Below, piece by piece: positions 51,869-64,000 of a stretch of DNA of 64,000 nucleotides; within the stretch, counting starts at the first letter, position 1, and each line of letters starts with the position of its first letter. The notes beneath the pieces are model-generated. The model had not been told where the DNA came from and did no database searches. It saw only the letters and a program-made list of their open reading frames with translations. A program made the translations under genes and the position numbers. The DNA comes from Raillietiella orientalis. Its lineage: Eukaryota. The stretch covers positions 1-64,000 of the forward strand of contig JAYWIR010000094.1 in NCBI GenBank assembly GCA_036172245.1, read 5' to 3'.

Positions 51869-53566
51869 CACCCTTGGCTTGCTTAGGACGGCAGTCGGAT
51901 GAACCCATCTGGGACGTATTCAGATGGAAATCGCGACTATCCTGGATAGGATATCCAGAGATAGGTGATATCCAGAGGAAAGTAATCCCTTCCGCGGCCT
52001 CCCCTGCTTTAGAAAATAGCGTTTCTTTTTTTTGTTTTTGTTTGTCCCCTCTCCCTCCTCTGCCGAGCCGATCCCCGCCGGCCTGAGTAGCGGTCACTCG
52101 GCAAGTTCCAAATTTGTTTGGCATTCTTGTGGGGCCTATTGCCTTACACATACATGTTTACTTGGAAAATAAACGCCCCGGCGCATCTGGGAGTGAAACG
52201 ACAGACGAATTTGCCTGTCACCGAGTCGATGATTCCCGGTCGCGCCTATCTGAGCGGGTTGTGGGCTATAAAGCGCTCCCTTTCTTCTGCTTTACTGCAG
52301 ACAAATGCCTCGTTGAGGAGCAGAAGATCGATAGAAGCTGCTTCCACCATTTCTCCGTGGTGCGCAGATTGAGCGACTCTGCGGATGTGACCATTTCATG
52401 CGCGAACTCCGTGGTTTCTGCTTTTCAACCGCAGTCGGAAAGCTTTACATCACCGCGTCTGGGAAACGAGGTAATTCCCTCACACTTTATTGCTTCCTTT
52501 ACTTCTGTGGCTTCTTCTTCTACTGCCAATCTAAGAGATTCGCCTCCACAGTCCTGCCACCCTCCGCAGTCGCCGAATGTGAAGGGTTAGGGGCAGCAAC
52601 GCCTGCGAGACGCCTTACTATTCCTTTCCTCTACTTCGTCAGGCGTAGGCAGTCCTGGGGCCACGATAAAGTTGAAGTGTCTTTCACACTCATTCCTATA
52701 GCTTGACATTTTGCAGTGATAACACCGTGAGGGCACATAGCAATCCTCGAAGAAGTGTCCGATTTGGACGAAGTTGAAGCAACAGGTCTCACGCCGGGCG
52801 CCAACGCGTACGGGGGCTCTTTGCAGCCGTTTCAAAGGTGCAACTAATGCCGCACCTGCACAACCTGAGAGCGTTTCCGATAGCAAGGATTCCCGGAATG
52901 CTGACATTAGCAAGAAGCTTGATTCGCAGCATGGCCTCCCCACAGATGTCGTCCATACGTTGGCGTAACCCTAACATCCTCATCTCAGCGTACTGGCAGA
53001 AACACTTCCACACCTGTTCCTGGCTTGTGACGCAGCGTACAGCGTACACGTAAACAGTGATGTCACTGAAACAGTTTCCTTATCCCAAATGCATTTGCGG
53101 CGTCGCCGGAAGCAGGGACAGTTCCTCGCTTTACAGAGGGACTACTCTCTTCGGAGCCACACTGTACCCCCAGGCGGTTTTCCGCATCATATAAGGGATA
53201 CTAGAAGCTCAAAGTCGCCCAATCGAGTGACGTCACATGTACAAAGAGACATGCGACTGATGTATGCATGCAATCGGGCTCTCCTACTTGGCAAAACACG
53301 CGCACTCAGCTTTCAGCAGTACGGAGGCGATGACGAGTACCTCGCGTTCCTAAGGATAGTTCAAGTACGGGCAAACGCGCGCAGCAATGCGGTGACCACC
53401 AGCCAACGCAGTCAAGAAACTTCCTCCAAATTAGGAAATTCTTTAGAAATACTGCGCACTGATGAGTGTAGTGGTAAACGTTTCTTCTGAATTCACAAAA
53501 GACGGGATTTATGCAGCGAAACTCGGGACATTTTTTTGTTCCGTACCATCCAAGATGACTTTGCAT
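51869..53566 (-). repeat. Right arm of the near-identical inverted repeat
   Basis: Reverse complement of 42493-44190; only isolated substitutions noticed. Weaker homology continues outward to ~42250/53810. Confidence 0.96.
52587..53049 (-). pseudogene. Inverted copy of the Gag/ORF1-like remnant
   Basis: Translations are identical to 43010..43270 and 43116..43472. Confidence 0.55.
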
Positions 53567-53764
53567 TGCAGTGAGGACTTCCGCTGCACTCTGAAAAGGA
53601 GCATCAACCACGACCGTGTGTTAGGAAGCACATACTGCCTAAGAGCCGCATCACCACAGAAGCATCTCCAACCCATGCCATCTTACCAGAACGGTGGGAA
53701 CACCATAGAGCAAGTGCGAAAATAACCGGAGTGGACCAGAAGCAGAAACGTTCTCCTTCTCTGT

Positions 53765-55530
53765 AGTGTTAAGAGGCACGAGGCGACGAGATCATCACTG
53801 CAGATGGAAGCCTGGGTCAAGGAAACCAATCTTCCGATTACTCATCACAAAGAATGGAAGACACCCGGGTGACAGACCTCAATCCACGCAGCCGCAATAA
53901 AAACCAAATGAAAACACCTCTGCTTGGTACCATCGGCAGGCGCCACAAATGCCGGCCCCTTCCTGCGTGCAATGCAGAGCGTCGTTGCCCGGACAGAATC
54001 TCCACAACGACAGCAGCAGACAAAAAAGTCATTGCAGAATGCGCCATTCTACAGACAACGCCAGCGCCATAGTGAGCTCTTGCACTATGTGGGAGATGCA
54101 AGAAGAGCGTTCACGGAAGAAGGCTCTCGATTGCCTACGCCCTTGCAGCGCCTACTTATAATTTCATGTCGAAAGAACCCCAAAATTAAAAGACAGAGCG
54201 TCATAAATGCCGCCGTTTTCTCCTGGGTGTACATGGAAAAAAGAGGAGCTGCTCATTCCATGACAAAGAGAAGGCATTCTCAGCTGTGAGAAAGCAGGAC
54301 ATGGTTCATCTCGGAGGCCACGCTCTTTCAGGGCCTCCACAGAATTCAAAGGCAGTCCGCTACAGCGGTAATCGCAATAAAAGCACAAAAATCCACGTCA
54401 GAGGCGCATGCGCCTGGCCTCCGTCGACCCATTGCGCGTAACCACGAAAACCCATTCCATCAGAAAAAAGAATCATGAACTTCTGGCAGCGCTCGTGGCA
54501 ACGGCTGCGTACAAACAGATCACCAACAGCCGACAGGATACGCCTCCTTCGTTATCCTGCCACTAGCCCGGCTGCTTCTTTTGCTTGCGCTCTTCGTTTT
54601 CCTGATAGCTGCTTTCGACAAAGTTGACGTGCCGTCCATTGAGGGCGTAGGCAAATATCAATCATCCACGGAAAGCCTTGTTGGCAAAGCTGCTGCTCTG
54701 CCTTTTTCTTCAGCAGTGATGCTGTGCTCTTGTCGCTGCGTATCACTTCTCCACAACGCGGCACTCTACCAAAGCAACGTTTATGTCAATGCCACTGACT
54801 GCCCGAAGGCACTCGAGTTTGCTGGTCGCATTCCTGGAGCGATATCCACCCGACAGTGCACCACGGAAGCGCTAGAGAAGCGTTGTCCACATTATGCAGC
54901 ATCCGCACAGGACGACTCAAAACGGGTGAGTGCAGCACACTTCTGGTGAGTGCTGTTGTTGAGCGATTCTTGTAGAGTTAACCGTGCTCGGTGCTGCTGG
55001 GAAGCTGCAAAGGACGGGCGTTCCACCGCAAGAAGATGGCATGCTCTGAGATGGTGGCAGAACGGCAGCTCGGTCGCAGCGGTGCTCCAACCCTTTTTCT
55101 GCCGTGGGCGGACGGTTGGACAAAGGATACGGGGCATCCAGGTGCGCCACAATCCCTCGTGGTGTTCTCTGCGGGCCACCGGTGCACGGGCCCTTCAGTT
55201 GCCGTCATCGCCAGCTATGCACGCCTCCCACTTTCTACAGAGAGCATCTAGAGGATGGCCCACTTTTACTGCATTGGTTTCCTACTAGGAAATAAAGTAA
55301 ACAGCTGGAGGAGAAGTTGCCCTACTTGACGAATCCTGACATATCCTTGGTTCCGTTTTCCTTCCTACGTAGTCCCTATCGCGTACTGCTTTAAGTACAG
55401 AATTCTTTCAGAATCGCCTGGACACGTACTGCCACCTTCCGGCATTCGCTGGCATGTTCAATTCTTCCTGTTGTAAGCGTGGAAGACTGAGTCGAGATGT
55501 GGACATTCCCTATTTAGAAGCCACTTCGCG
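53765..55530 (+). mobile_element. Family A LINE remnant with internal deletions, plus flank homologous to unit 870-1060
   Basis: ORF 54581..54949 has LFVFLIAAFDKVD...ALYQSNVYVNA...GRIPG, resembling the RT 'D..KAFD.V', 'LY...V..NG' and 'GV.QG' blocks. It is an inverted homologue of unit 870-3035. Confidence 0.65.
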
Positions 55531-58500
55531 TTTACTTCTTGAAATGGCAGGAACGTCGTCCGCAACGTGAACGTGGTTCCCTAGTAGAGGATGTGCCAGT
55601 CAACAGGCTTAGAAGGAAACGTTGTTGCTGCAGCTGCATTCTTTCTACCGCAGCCAGGATGCGTGCTTTGATCTTCGCTGCCCACCCGATCACCCTGCAG
55701 TGCGCAACCACTGTAACGGTTCTTGCTATTCTGCTGGACTCAGCGCCTCCCAATATCCCGACGTCTCCATGGAAGGAATGGATTTTAGATAGGTTACCAA
55801 GAAGGGATCCTTGTGGTTCCGCGGTACACTACCAGGTGACGCGGCAAGGGCGAGCAGAGTGCATTTCCAATGAGAGCTTTTTTGCTTTTTTTTGGCTGTC
55901 AATTCGGTGCTTTCCCCGGTTTACTTCCTGGAAGAAGGAAACAGACATCCCACCGCGAAAATTGTGGGCGGCGCAAAGGCAGTCTGTCGTTCTGACCTCT
56001 GTCTCGTGCATTTCTCTGCCGTGTTTATTTGAGTGGGGAAGTATCAAGTGGCAATCCGTCAGGGTTCAATCCCTCGTGGCGTTGTCAACGTTGCGTCTTC
56101 TTCTTCCACTCTCTTGTATTCTCTGCGGCCCGCCGGTGCACGTGACCCGTGTAACGTGTTCGCTTCCTCCAGCGATGCAGGCTTCTCTCTCTCGAGAAAC
56201 TGCGTCATCTACCGCAGGACCCACTCTGCCAAGTTCGGTGTGCTCCTATGAGATAGAAAAAACAGTCACGGAAAGAAAGAACGCTGTTGCCTGATGCTGA
56301 CAGAAAGGCATTCTTCTTTCCCTTTTTAATGTCTGTTTGGTCTCGATCGCACGTTGCTCACCATATGTGTTCGTTTACACGTTCGTTCAACCCCTTACTA
56401 CAGCGTCTTCTCAGCCTGTGGAATTTCCCTGAAGTGTTCCTGAAGACGCAGACGGCAGGAAAGGGTTTTCCGAGAGAAACGATGCCATAATTGCATTTAG
56501 GAGTGTGCTTGTTCTCCATTGCGCAGGGATGTCTACCCGTGAACATTCTGCATTCGTATCCCTTGGGTACCCATCCTCCACTTGCAGAACGGCTGCTTTT
56601 CTCCACTTTGTGCATGCACCTGCAATGTGCTTCTTATATCACTTTTGTGGACATCGATGGCGATTTCTCTCTCGCATTCAGCCGCAACTGCTGGCACGCA
56701 AGTTGGAAAACGTGCGCGAGAGGGGCGGCTTCGTTGAACTCAAGCTGAACGCTCGACATTCATCCTGCACTTCACCTTGACCTCACGTGTCTAGGTCTTC
56801 TGTTTCCTGGACTCATAAGAAAAGGTGTAGAAAAAGAGTTCCTGGATGCGAGCCGAGCGTGACTGCTCACTCCACAAGGCGCGCTTCCGTGGTCTTTGTG
56901 ATTCCGTTGCACCTGCTGTTGGTTCCGTCCACTTTCTACTAGGAGGACGTTCATCGTGGATGTATTTCCTCGTTTGCGGGTAAAAAAAGAAATAATTAGG
57001 TGCAGCATTCAAAAAGACGTTTCTTTGGGTGAAACCTCCTTTTCCCTCTTTCTATCCTTAGCTGCATACGTGGCAGCGTGTTTTCACGTGTCTGCACGCA
57101 TGCGCTTATATGTGTGTGCATCTGCTTGTCTTGGGTTCTGCAGGTCGCGCTGATCATTTGCAGGAAACACGTTGATGCGTGGTCCCATCAAGAAGCTGCT
57201 GGGCATCGTTCACAGTTTCTCGTTCCAATCTGCACCACGAAGGTTTGAACACATTAGGGAAAGAATGGTTTCCGTTTTCGTTATGGACCATCATGCCCTA
57301 TAAGAAAAGCTTGCTTAGGATCCACGGGAATGGGGTAGACTTCTGGAATCGTAAGGTGCACGGTCAGCGAGCCGGAAGTCTGCGTGTGAGAGAAACAAAA
57401 AGCGAAATGGCGGTTTCCAATGGGGTGTGGTCTGTTCCGAGCTTTGCCGATTGTTGGGCGCGTGTCGTCCTTCTTTTGACGTCACATTTCCTTTTCCTCA
57501 TCCGCAAGCGCCAGTTCGATTTCCACCTAGCGACCTTAATAGTTTTCCGAAACGAAGGGATGCTCCTTCACCTTGGGAATCGCATTTTTCCAAAAAACGC
57601 GCCATGCTGGTCCCTAAGAACGCCGCAATGCAGTGCCTTTCGTGCCTCCAGGCGCAGGTGCAAACCGCCGTCGCAGGCTGATGGCCAATGTCGCCATTTC
57701 ACTTGGCTTCCCTGCTTCGTGCCTTTCTATCTCCAACTGCACGCCTATACCGTACGCTTCCTGGCAAACCGCTGGCGAAAGAGTACGTCGACGCCACACA
57801 TTTCCGGGTAACACGGTTTTCCTTTTGATGGGATGTTGCCTGCTCATGTTGCGAGAAATCCCTCAAAGTTCCTCGTGCTTTGAGGTCTTGATTACTTTTA
57901 AGCTTCCATGATCACTAGGAAGAGGGATGCAGGAAGTCCCTTTTATTTTCAGCACCCGTTGGTGTACCTGTCAAACGAGACCAAAGAAACCCTGGTGCGA
58001 CAGGAGGCAAGCAGACTCTACAAGGGCAATTTGGGGTGTGTTACCGTAAAATCAGGTACCCCGGCTTTCGCTAGAATGCGATGCTTTCATCCTTCTGCTC
58101 ATCAACAGTGCCTCTGCTCCTTTCAGCCATGAGCAACCGGACTTTTGACCTGTGACACAGCTCTACAACACATTCTGGTTTCCTCCGGTTGGAAATGACT
58201 TCGTAGTCACATGCCATCACCTCCCGTCTGTGACTCGCTACCGACTGCTGGCCTGTGAGAAGAAACGCCACTTTCGCTCTCTCTGAAGACGATGCCATCC
58301 TCCAGCGAAAGAAGCAGTTCCATCTGTGCCGTCTAGTACCTTCTACTTACCGTATTCTGGTTCTCGCGCAACGTTCATATTCAACTGATGGCTGAAGCAG
58401 CAAAAACGTACTTGTGTTTGCTCGCTCTTCTTGACATGTGGACTGAATGACGCTGCCTGTTGTCCATGCAGTTTGTTTTGAGCGCAGAGTTTCCTCTACC

Positions 58501-58879
58501 ACACGCTTCCTTTCGTCGTCGTGCAGTCCGTCGACATGCAACAGGCGATGCGCCATCGGAGGCTCACGCGCCAACGGTCGCTGTTTGCCTTATCGGGCAC
58601 CATTGTCACAAAGGCGTCCTCTTCGCTGGAACCGCTTTCAGAACTCCTCCCAGGAGAAACTCTTGTGTTACTTGTAACGGAAATTTTTGATGCGGATTTC
58701 GAGTCGGGGGTCGCAGACAGTTTGGGGCTGGAGCAAGAAAGCTCCGTATCGAGTGCAGGGCATGCTCGCCTAATACCCGCAAGCTTTTTGCAGACGCGGA
58801 ACTCGGCATCAAGGCGCCTCTTCTTGAATTGCCTTGCGACTGCAGGCTGAGAGGGACAATTCAGTAGGCGGTGCCTTGA

Positions 58880-59620
58880 TATTGTGTGCCGCAGCTACAA
58901 GCAGCTTGGCCGCCCCATGGTCGCTGCACACTTTGAGAACCACCACAAATCCATCCGATATGGACGTGTCTTCCGCCGACCTCCAGCTTATGGAAAATTT
59001 CCTCCCTATCGAATTAAACGCGCGCTGCAGCGAGCCAACTGTACACTCAAGAGAATCTTTTTGAAAAGGTTTCATTTTCGCCGTAGGGCGCGCACGGATG
59101 CGTCGAGCCGGCTGCGACGCGGAGACATCGCGGTCGGACATACCGAAAGCGATGCCTTTCAAATGGTGGACGAAATGAAAACAGCGATGTTAAAGGTGTT
59201 GAGACATCTACAACGCCACAGCAGCTCTCTCTCCTTTCTCTCTCAAACGTGCTTCTCTAGCTAGGGAACTTCTCGACTGTTTTTTGAGACTGTTGTGGCA
59301 GTTTTACCTCGGCAAATGGAGCCCGATCAAACTTACATGGAGTTGGACAAATCTGTCTGCTCCTCAGCATCTTCTTCGGAAGGCTAGCATGCATCTCTCC
59401 GTCGTGCCTCGCCACCGTCAAGAAGTTTTGCCGCGGTTGCTAAGGCCTCAGTGGCGAATGGCACTCCTACCAACCAGGAGGAGCAGCAAGCATATGTGGC
59501 GCAATGCTACAAGCCCTCTCTCTGATATCCGACAAGTGCCTTACTCACCGACGGGAGTGTAGGAAAGCTTTCGGATGACGTTGACCACGTCGGAGTCCGC
59601 GAGAATGACCTGTTGTCCGT
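58880..59620 (+). mobile_element. Highly decayed non-LTR RT remnant
   Basis: Ordered degenerate blocks in shifting frames: ENFLPIEL (NxRPIxL), KGFIFAVGR (QxGFxxGR), SDAFQMVD (KAFDxV), HGVGQICLLLSIFF (GVxQGxxLSxxLF), LSDDV (YADD). Confidence 0.55.
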
Positions 59621-60377
59621 GACGCCGATTATCGCGCTAGGATACTGGAAGATACACTGCAAACACGCAGTGTCCAAAAGCACCTACTCCGCATTCCGTT
59701 GTAAATCCGGGGGAAGAATATCGTATTCTCGGCTATAAACCAGTAGCTCTTGGTCCATCTTTTGGGCATCCAGCTGTACATTTGCGATGGCGGACTCTTC
59801 AGCTCGCAGATAGCATTCATTACGGTGTGACGTAGTCTATGCAATCTTCCTCCCATGCTCTGTGGAGAAGGCCGAAACCAATAAAAGGGGACGTGTCTTC
59901 TCACAGCGAAGCCTCCGCGGCGCCAAGTCATCATGGTGGACCGGAGGATTTTTCCTTCGGGCTTTTTGCCGAAGCCACCTCGGTCTGTGAAGCGGAGCTA
60001 GCTACTCCCACTCCAATCTCCATCGCTGTGTCCGCTGGCATTTCTGCCATGGGACACCGACGATGTGCCACACACTCTAACAAACGAAAGGGAATAAAAA
60101 AACTTCCCAAACTAGAGCGGTCAGAGTGCAGGAAAAACAGGTCCGCCACCCTTCGACGTTTTCACCAGGTGAAACCGGGGCGTTTATTAAAAAAAACTTA
60201 CAGTGTTCGCGGTACAAGGCCTCGCTGCGGCCAATAGTTTTGTGGACCTGTCGGGTGGTCGTTGCGAAGACCGACTTGACAATCCACGTCAACGGATGGG
60301 GTTGGGGGAAATAACAAGATAAAAATAAAGACAAATTAAAGCAAAAAACCACTGTTCTTTGGAGGGCCGGGAAGGGA

Positions 60378-61560
60378 TCAATGTCCGTTACGTGGAGCTT
60401 CCATCCTTTGCAGGATGCCGATGAGGTCCTTGTGCAGATTTCCCAGGTGGAGCCATCGGGTTGCTATTCGCAGAAAGCGAGCTGCATACTCCATGGCACC
60501 CCTTCCGTTGACATCCTCTGCTTCGTCGGATCCACTCCAAGCTGCCACAATACCGCGTACGCAGCAGAGAGCTGCTATTACAGCGGCTGGCTGCAGGGCG
60601 TCCCGCATGAAGAGGAGCCGAAAAACGTCTCTAGGAGGGCTACCTTCCAGGATCCCTATGGTGGTACCGAAACGTTCCCAAAGAGGCTGGAGAGCAACAC
60701 AGTCAAATAAAAGGTGCGGGAGGGATTCCCGCTCCCCACACCTGACACAGTTTGGGTTCACACTTCCCCATGTCCAGTGGTAGAGGAGTGCATTGTAGAG
60801 GAGTCCCCAGTGCAACAGCATAAGCGCCGACTCCTGATATTTTAAAGGAAGGATCCTTGTTTCGGTTATCACTGGGGGCCACTTCAGGTCATCCGTCGTG
60901 ATTATGAGCAGCTCGAGCCATTCTTTAAGTTTTTTCGGAAGAAGGCTCTGGGTCGTGGCGTCCGCCAGCTGTCCCATTGTCCAACCGCTCAACAATTTTT
61001 CTCTGCCTGGGATACGGCAAGAGACTTGCCACCTCGGCGTCCGGCTGCTAACGAGGGCCGTACGTAGGAAGGGCAGCACCGTCGCTAGGAAGGTCGTCTG
61101 TGCCCACGTGCTCCTGGCTGGACACTCCAGGATCTCGCGTAGAGTGCAGAGGGTGTATCTGCCGCGTCGCTGGCTATTCCACCTCTCTTGGCTCCTCTGA
61201 TTTACGACCGCCCATCCCCGGCTGTAGTAGCGGAGCAGACTGCCTACAAGGACAGCGGCTATAAACCTCGCTGATCTATCCCGCGGCGCACCGGCACGCC
61301 GTACGCGCTCTATCCTCTGAAATTGATGTTTGTTAGCGCGGCGCGCCAGCAGGAGCGCAGGTACGCCGTTAAGATAGGTGGGAAGCCCATGCGATGCAGA
61401 AGCTCCTTGGGAAGCTCCTGGTCCACGCAGTCGAACGCCTTGTGAAGATCGACTGCGATCGCTAGGGCACCCTTTCTCGCTCGGTCGTCCCCACCTTGAC
61501 CAGCGGTCACCCTTAAATTGGGGTTGCCGAGAGATCCCTTCTAGCTACCGTGACTTCAGA
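60378..61560 (-). mobile_element. Internally deleted L1/Tx1-like element: RT fragment plus open C-terminal zf-RVT region
   Basis: 61310..61510 reads AIAVDLHKAFDCVDQE...LHRMGFP...NINFRG (RT motif DxxKAFDxV...GF). 60378..61079 (233 aa open) contains CVRCGERESLPHLLFDC....W. The RT core between them (QG, YADD) is missing. Confidence 0.88.
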
Positions 61561-61779
61561 TGATGTAGCCCTTGATGCGCAACCTCGCACCAGTGAAGAC
61601 ATCGGTAAACCCTGGATGCTGGAGAGGAGAAAAATAATAAAAAGAGTATTTTTAAAAACCCCGAAAAAGGCAACGAAGATGCAAGTGAACAAACCCAGGA
61701 ATCAAATTTAAGAGACTACAAAATCCCCTGAAAAGGTTACCAGCATTGCCGCAAGCGAAAACACAGGAAACCTTGTGAA

Positions 61780-63050
61780 ATGACGGTAGTATACGGAGCC
61801 AGGAAGATGGTGATCATGGAACCAGTCATCAAAAAAACGCCCGAAGATGCTGCAGTAGAGCAAGAATCTGCGCACCAAAGCAAACGCTTGTCCCGAGCGC
61901 GCCATTCCGACTCTGAAACGGAGATCGACTGTTTTGTGGGACGACGTGTCACCAGCGCGGAATCAGGTGCGCAGCGAGCGAAAGCGCACAAGTGCAACGT
62001 AGCTTTGACGCGGAATCTTGCCTCCAAAGAGAGTGACCTTCCGGTAGAGAAAGAAAAGATGATCCTCGGTGAGGAGATTGAGGCTGTTTCGAGCACGCGA
62101 TTGACTGGTGGCGACCGACCCTTTCGACTCACTATGCTGCTGAATCACCACTCAGCGAACGGGGCGAGCCTAGCACTGCCGCTTTCCCAGCCATTATGAC
62201 TGGATTCGCGTCTTCTCTTCGTCTGTATGAAACGTCGTTGAACGTGAACGGTCTGCAAGAAGACGAGAACAAGAAAGCAGAAGCCATCTCCCTGCGCAGT
62301 TTCGACTTGTCGCTACTGCAGGAGATACATAACATGTCCGCTGAGCAGGCAGCCGACATCAAGCAACGCGCAGTTGGTAAGCTTTATTGACAGCGCAGCT
62401 CCTCACGCTCGTGGGGGTCTCTTTCCTCGCACGAGGAAAAGTGGAAGGAGCACTGAAGAGAGTTTTAAGCGACAATAACGGACCAGTAGGGCAGCTTGTA
62501 GTCAAAGGTTCCGAACCCATGGACCTGTGTACGATTGTCCCAAAATATGTGTACGATTGTCCCAAAATATCGCGCCGATAGAATACGATTCTCCGGAGAA
62601 GTGAAGAGCCACTGGCTCAAGATCTCTGGCGCCCATGTGGTACACCTTTTCGCGGGGGAATTTAGTGTCTACCTGTTTTCAGACGTCTGAGAGTGCACGA
62701 GTAAGCGATCTCTGGCCGTCGAGATGTGCGTTTCGGTGCACGCTGTCAACTTGTAGGCTAGCAAACCTGAGATGGAAAGCTCGGTCGACTACATTTTTCT
62801 TAATGACCACTTTGATTATGGAGCAGGGAGAAGAGGAAGATTGACGTCAGAACTTTCCGACCACCACAGGATAGAGTATGATCTGCTCCTTCCTGGTAAG
62901 GCATTCCCGAGAAATGTGTGGAGGATGCCGGCGAACTGGCTAAGCCATTCGGAGGACGTGGAACATCTGCGTCAGCACCTACGGGCTTCATTTCTCAGCT
63001 CGCTTCTCAAACAGGTGCGCCAGGGAGTTTATTCTTTTGAATAAAACATA
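61780..63050 (+). mobile_element. 5' part of an L1/Tx1-like element: putative ORF1 remnant (61780-62199) and disrupted APE endonuclease (62196-63044)
   Basis: APE motifs appear in order: SLNVNGL, LLQEIH, GVSFL, YTF, SSVDYIFL, SDH, then WRMP. The domain is broken by a TGA at 62388, frameshifts and a 22 bp duplication. Confidence 0.85.
62526..62569 (+). repeat. Perfect 2 x 22 bp tandem duplication
   Basis: TGTGTACGATTGTCCCAAAATA twice (62526-62547, 62548-62569). Confidence 0.95.
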
Positions 63051-64000
63051 TCGAGAGTCTGTACATTACCCAGTGGTCCAGCCACGTTCGAGAAAACTAT
63101 AGCGAGCCCGCCTGGTTATAGTTTTGCAGACCGGAACGATCCTTCACGTCAGCAGAGAGTGGGGCGACAAAACAAATAGAAAAACAAAAAATTCAAAAAT
63201 TGGTACTTGAAAACAGCTCGGGGCACGCAAAGGGGTCACAATCTACTGCAGGGCTGTTGTATCCTTTCTAGGATTCTGACAAGCTCTTCTCTGATGTGCC
63301 TGTCTAGGTGGGCTCATTCTGTCACCGATCTCATGAATTCGACTGCTCATTGGAAGGCACTCTAATCGCAGAATCCTTTCGTTGCCTTGCTCCAAGCAGA
63401 GACGATCTCGCGCAGGCAGCACAAGTCTGCTAACGCGGCCGCACGCCGGAGGACCTCGCAAAGGAAGTGGTTTTTAATTTCGTCGCTGGGGTTGCCGCAG
63501 GGGATCCCTATAGCCGCTCAAAGAGGTTCCAGAGGGTCAGAAGAGCTACACAAACAACCTACAAGTGAAAGAGGGACTCACACTTGCCACAACGTAAACA
63601 GTTTAGGTACGCTCCCAATGTCCAATGGTGCCGAAGGGCTTTGCATGAATGTCCCCAGTGCAGCACTATGAGCGCGCACTCTGGTCACTAGAATGGAGGG
63701 GTACGTGTGTCCGTCATTACCGATGAGCACTTCAAATTTTCCTGAACAACATCCATCAGCTCGCCTCTAGAAACAAATCCAACAGTGGTGGTAATTTAGG
63801 TGGCAGCACTGCAGAGTCTGCAAGTTTTCCACTCAGAGATACTCTTCTCCGCACCATAGATTTAGGCGATAACCTCCTATGCCGCCGCGGTGTTGCTGCG
63901 AAAATAGCCCATGAGCAAAAACAGCATTCCGGGGAAAGGAGTTCTTTCTGCCCACGCTCTTTTTGGGGGGTTCTCTAGCACTTACCGGAGCTTGAGGTGG

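Noticed and set aside
56040..56080. GGTTCAATCCC, tRNA T-loop/B-box-like
   Set aside because: No anticodon arm or acceptor stem; it lies within decayed LINE sequence.
55539..57811. ORFs 55539..56294 (251 aa) and 57179..57811 (210 aa) as genes
   Set aside because: Both have non-ATG starts, composition typical of shadow frames and no motifs. The first overlaps a decayed LINE relative.
1..64000. CRISPR array, rRNA, telomeric repeats, DNA transposase, LTRs or viral genes
   Set aside because: No short regularly spaced repeats, rRNA signatures, telomere motifs, DDE/integrase motifs or capsid motifs were recognised. The long repeats are segmental duplications.

Overview
Eukaryotic, repeat-dense region with spliceosomal GT-AG introns and no operons; the organism cannot be determined from the sequence. 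(1) 1-29.5 kb is a head-to-tail array of about 10.2-10.7 kb units: two full copies and a third that diverges after ~22.4 kb and breaks off at ~29.5 kb. (2) 29.6-55.5 kb is a patchwork of inverted copies of the same material, including near-identical 1.7 kb inverted arms (42493-44190 / 51869-53566) around a 7.7 kb spacer. (3) The spacer holds the one convincingly intact host gene, a three-exon RNase P subunit Rpp21/Rpr2-family gene (minus strand, 47872-46624, 114 aa). Broken copies of it are amplified in the array. (4) Most of the rest is decayed non-LTR retrotransposon (L1/Tx1-like) sequence: APE endonuclease, RT, C-terminal CCHC and Gag zinc-knuckle remnants, none intact. Most ORFs in the supplied track are antisense or shadow frames of these remnants. 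(5) 467-522 is an Oxford Nanopore adapter plus poly(A), so this is an assembly artefact and the array structure needs read-level confirmation. I found no convincing new biological system. The best leads are the inverted-arm cassette around Rpp21, the amplified Rpp21 pseudogenes, an ATGA stop/start overlap in a LINE, and an orphan ORF.
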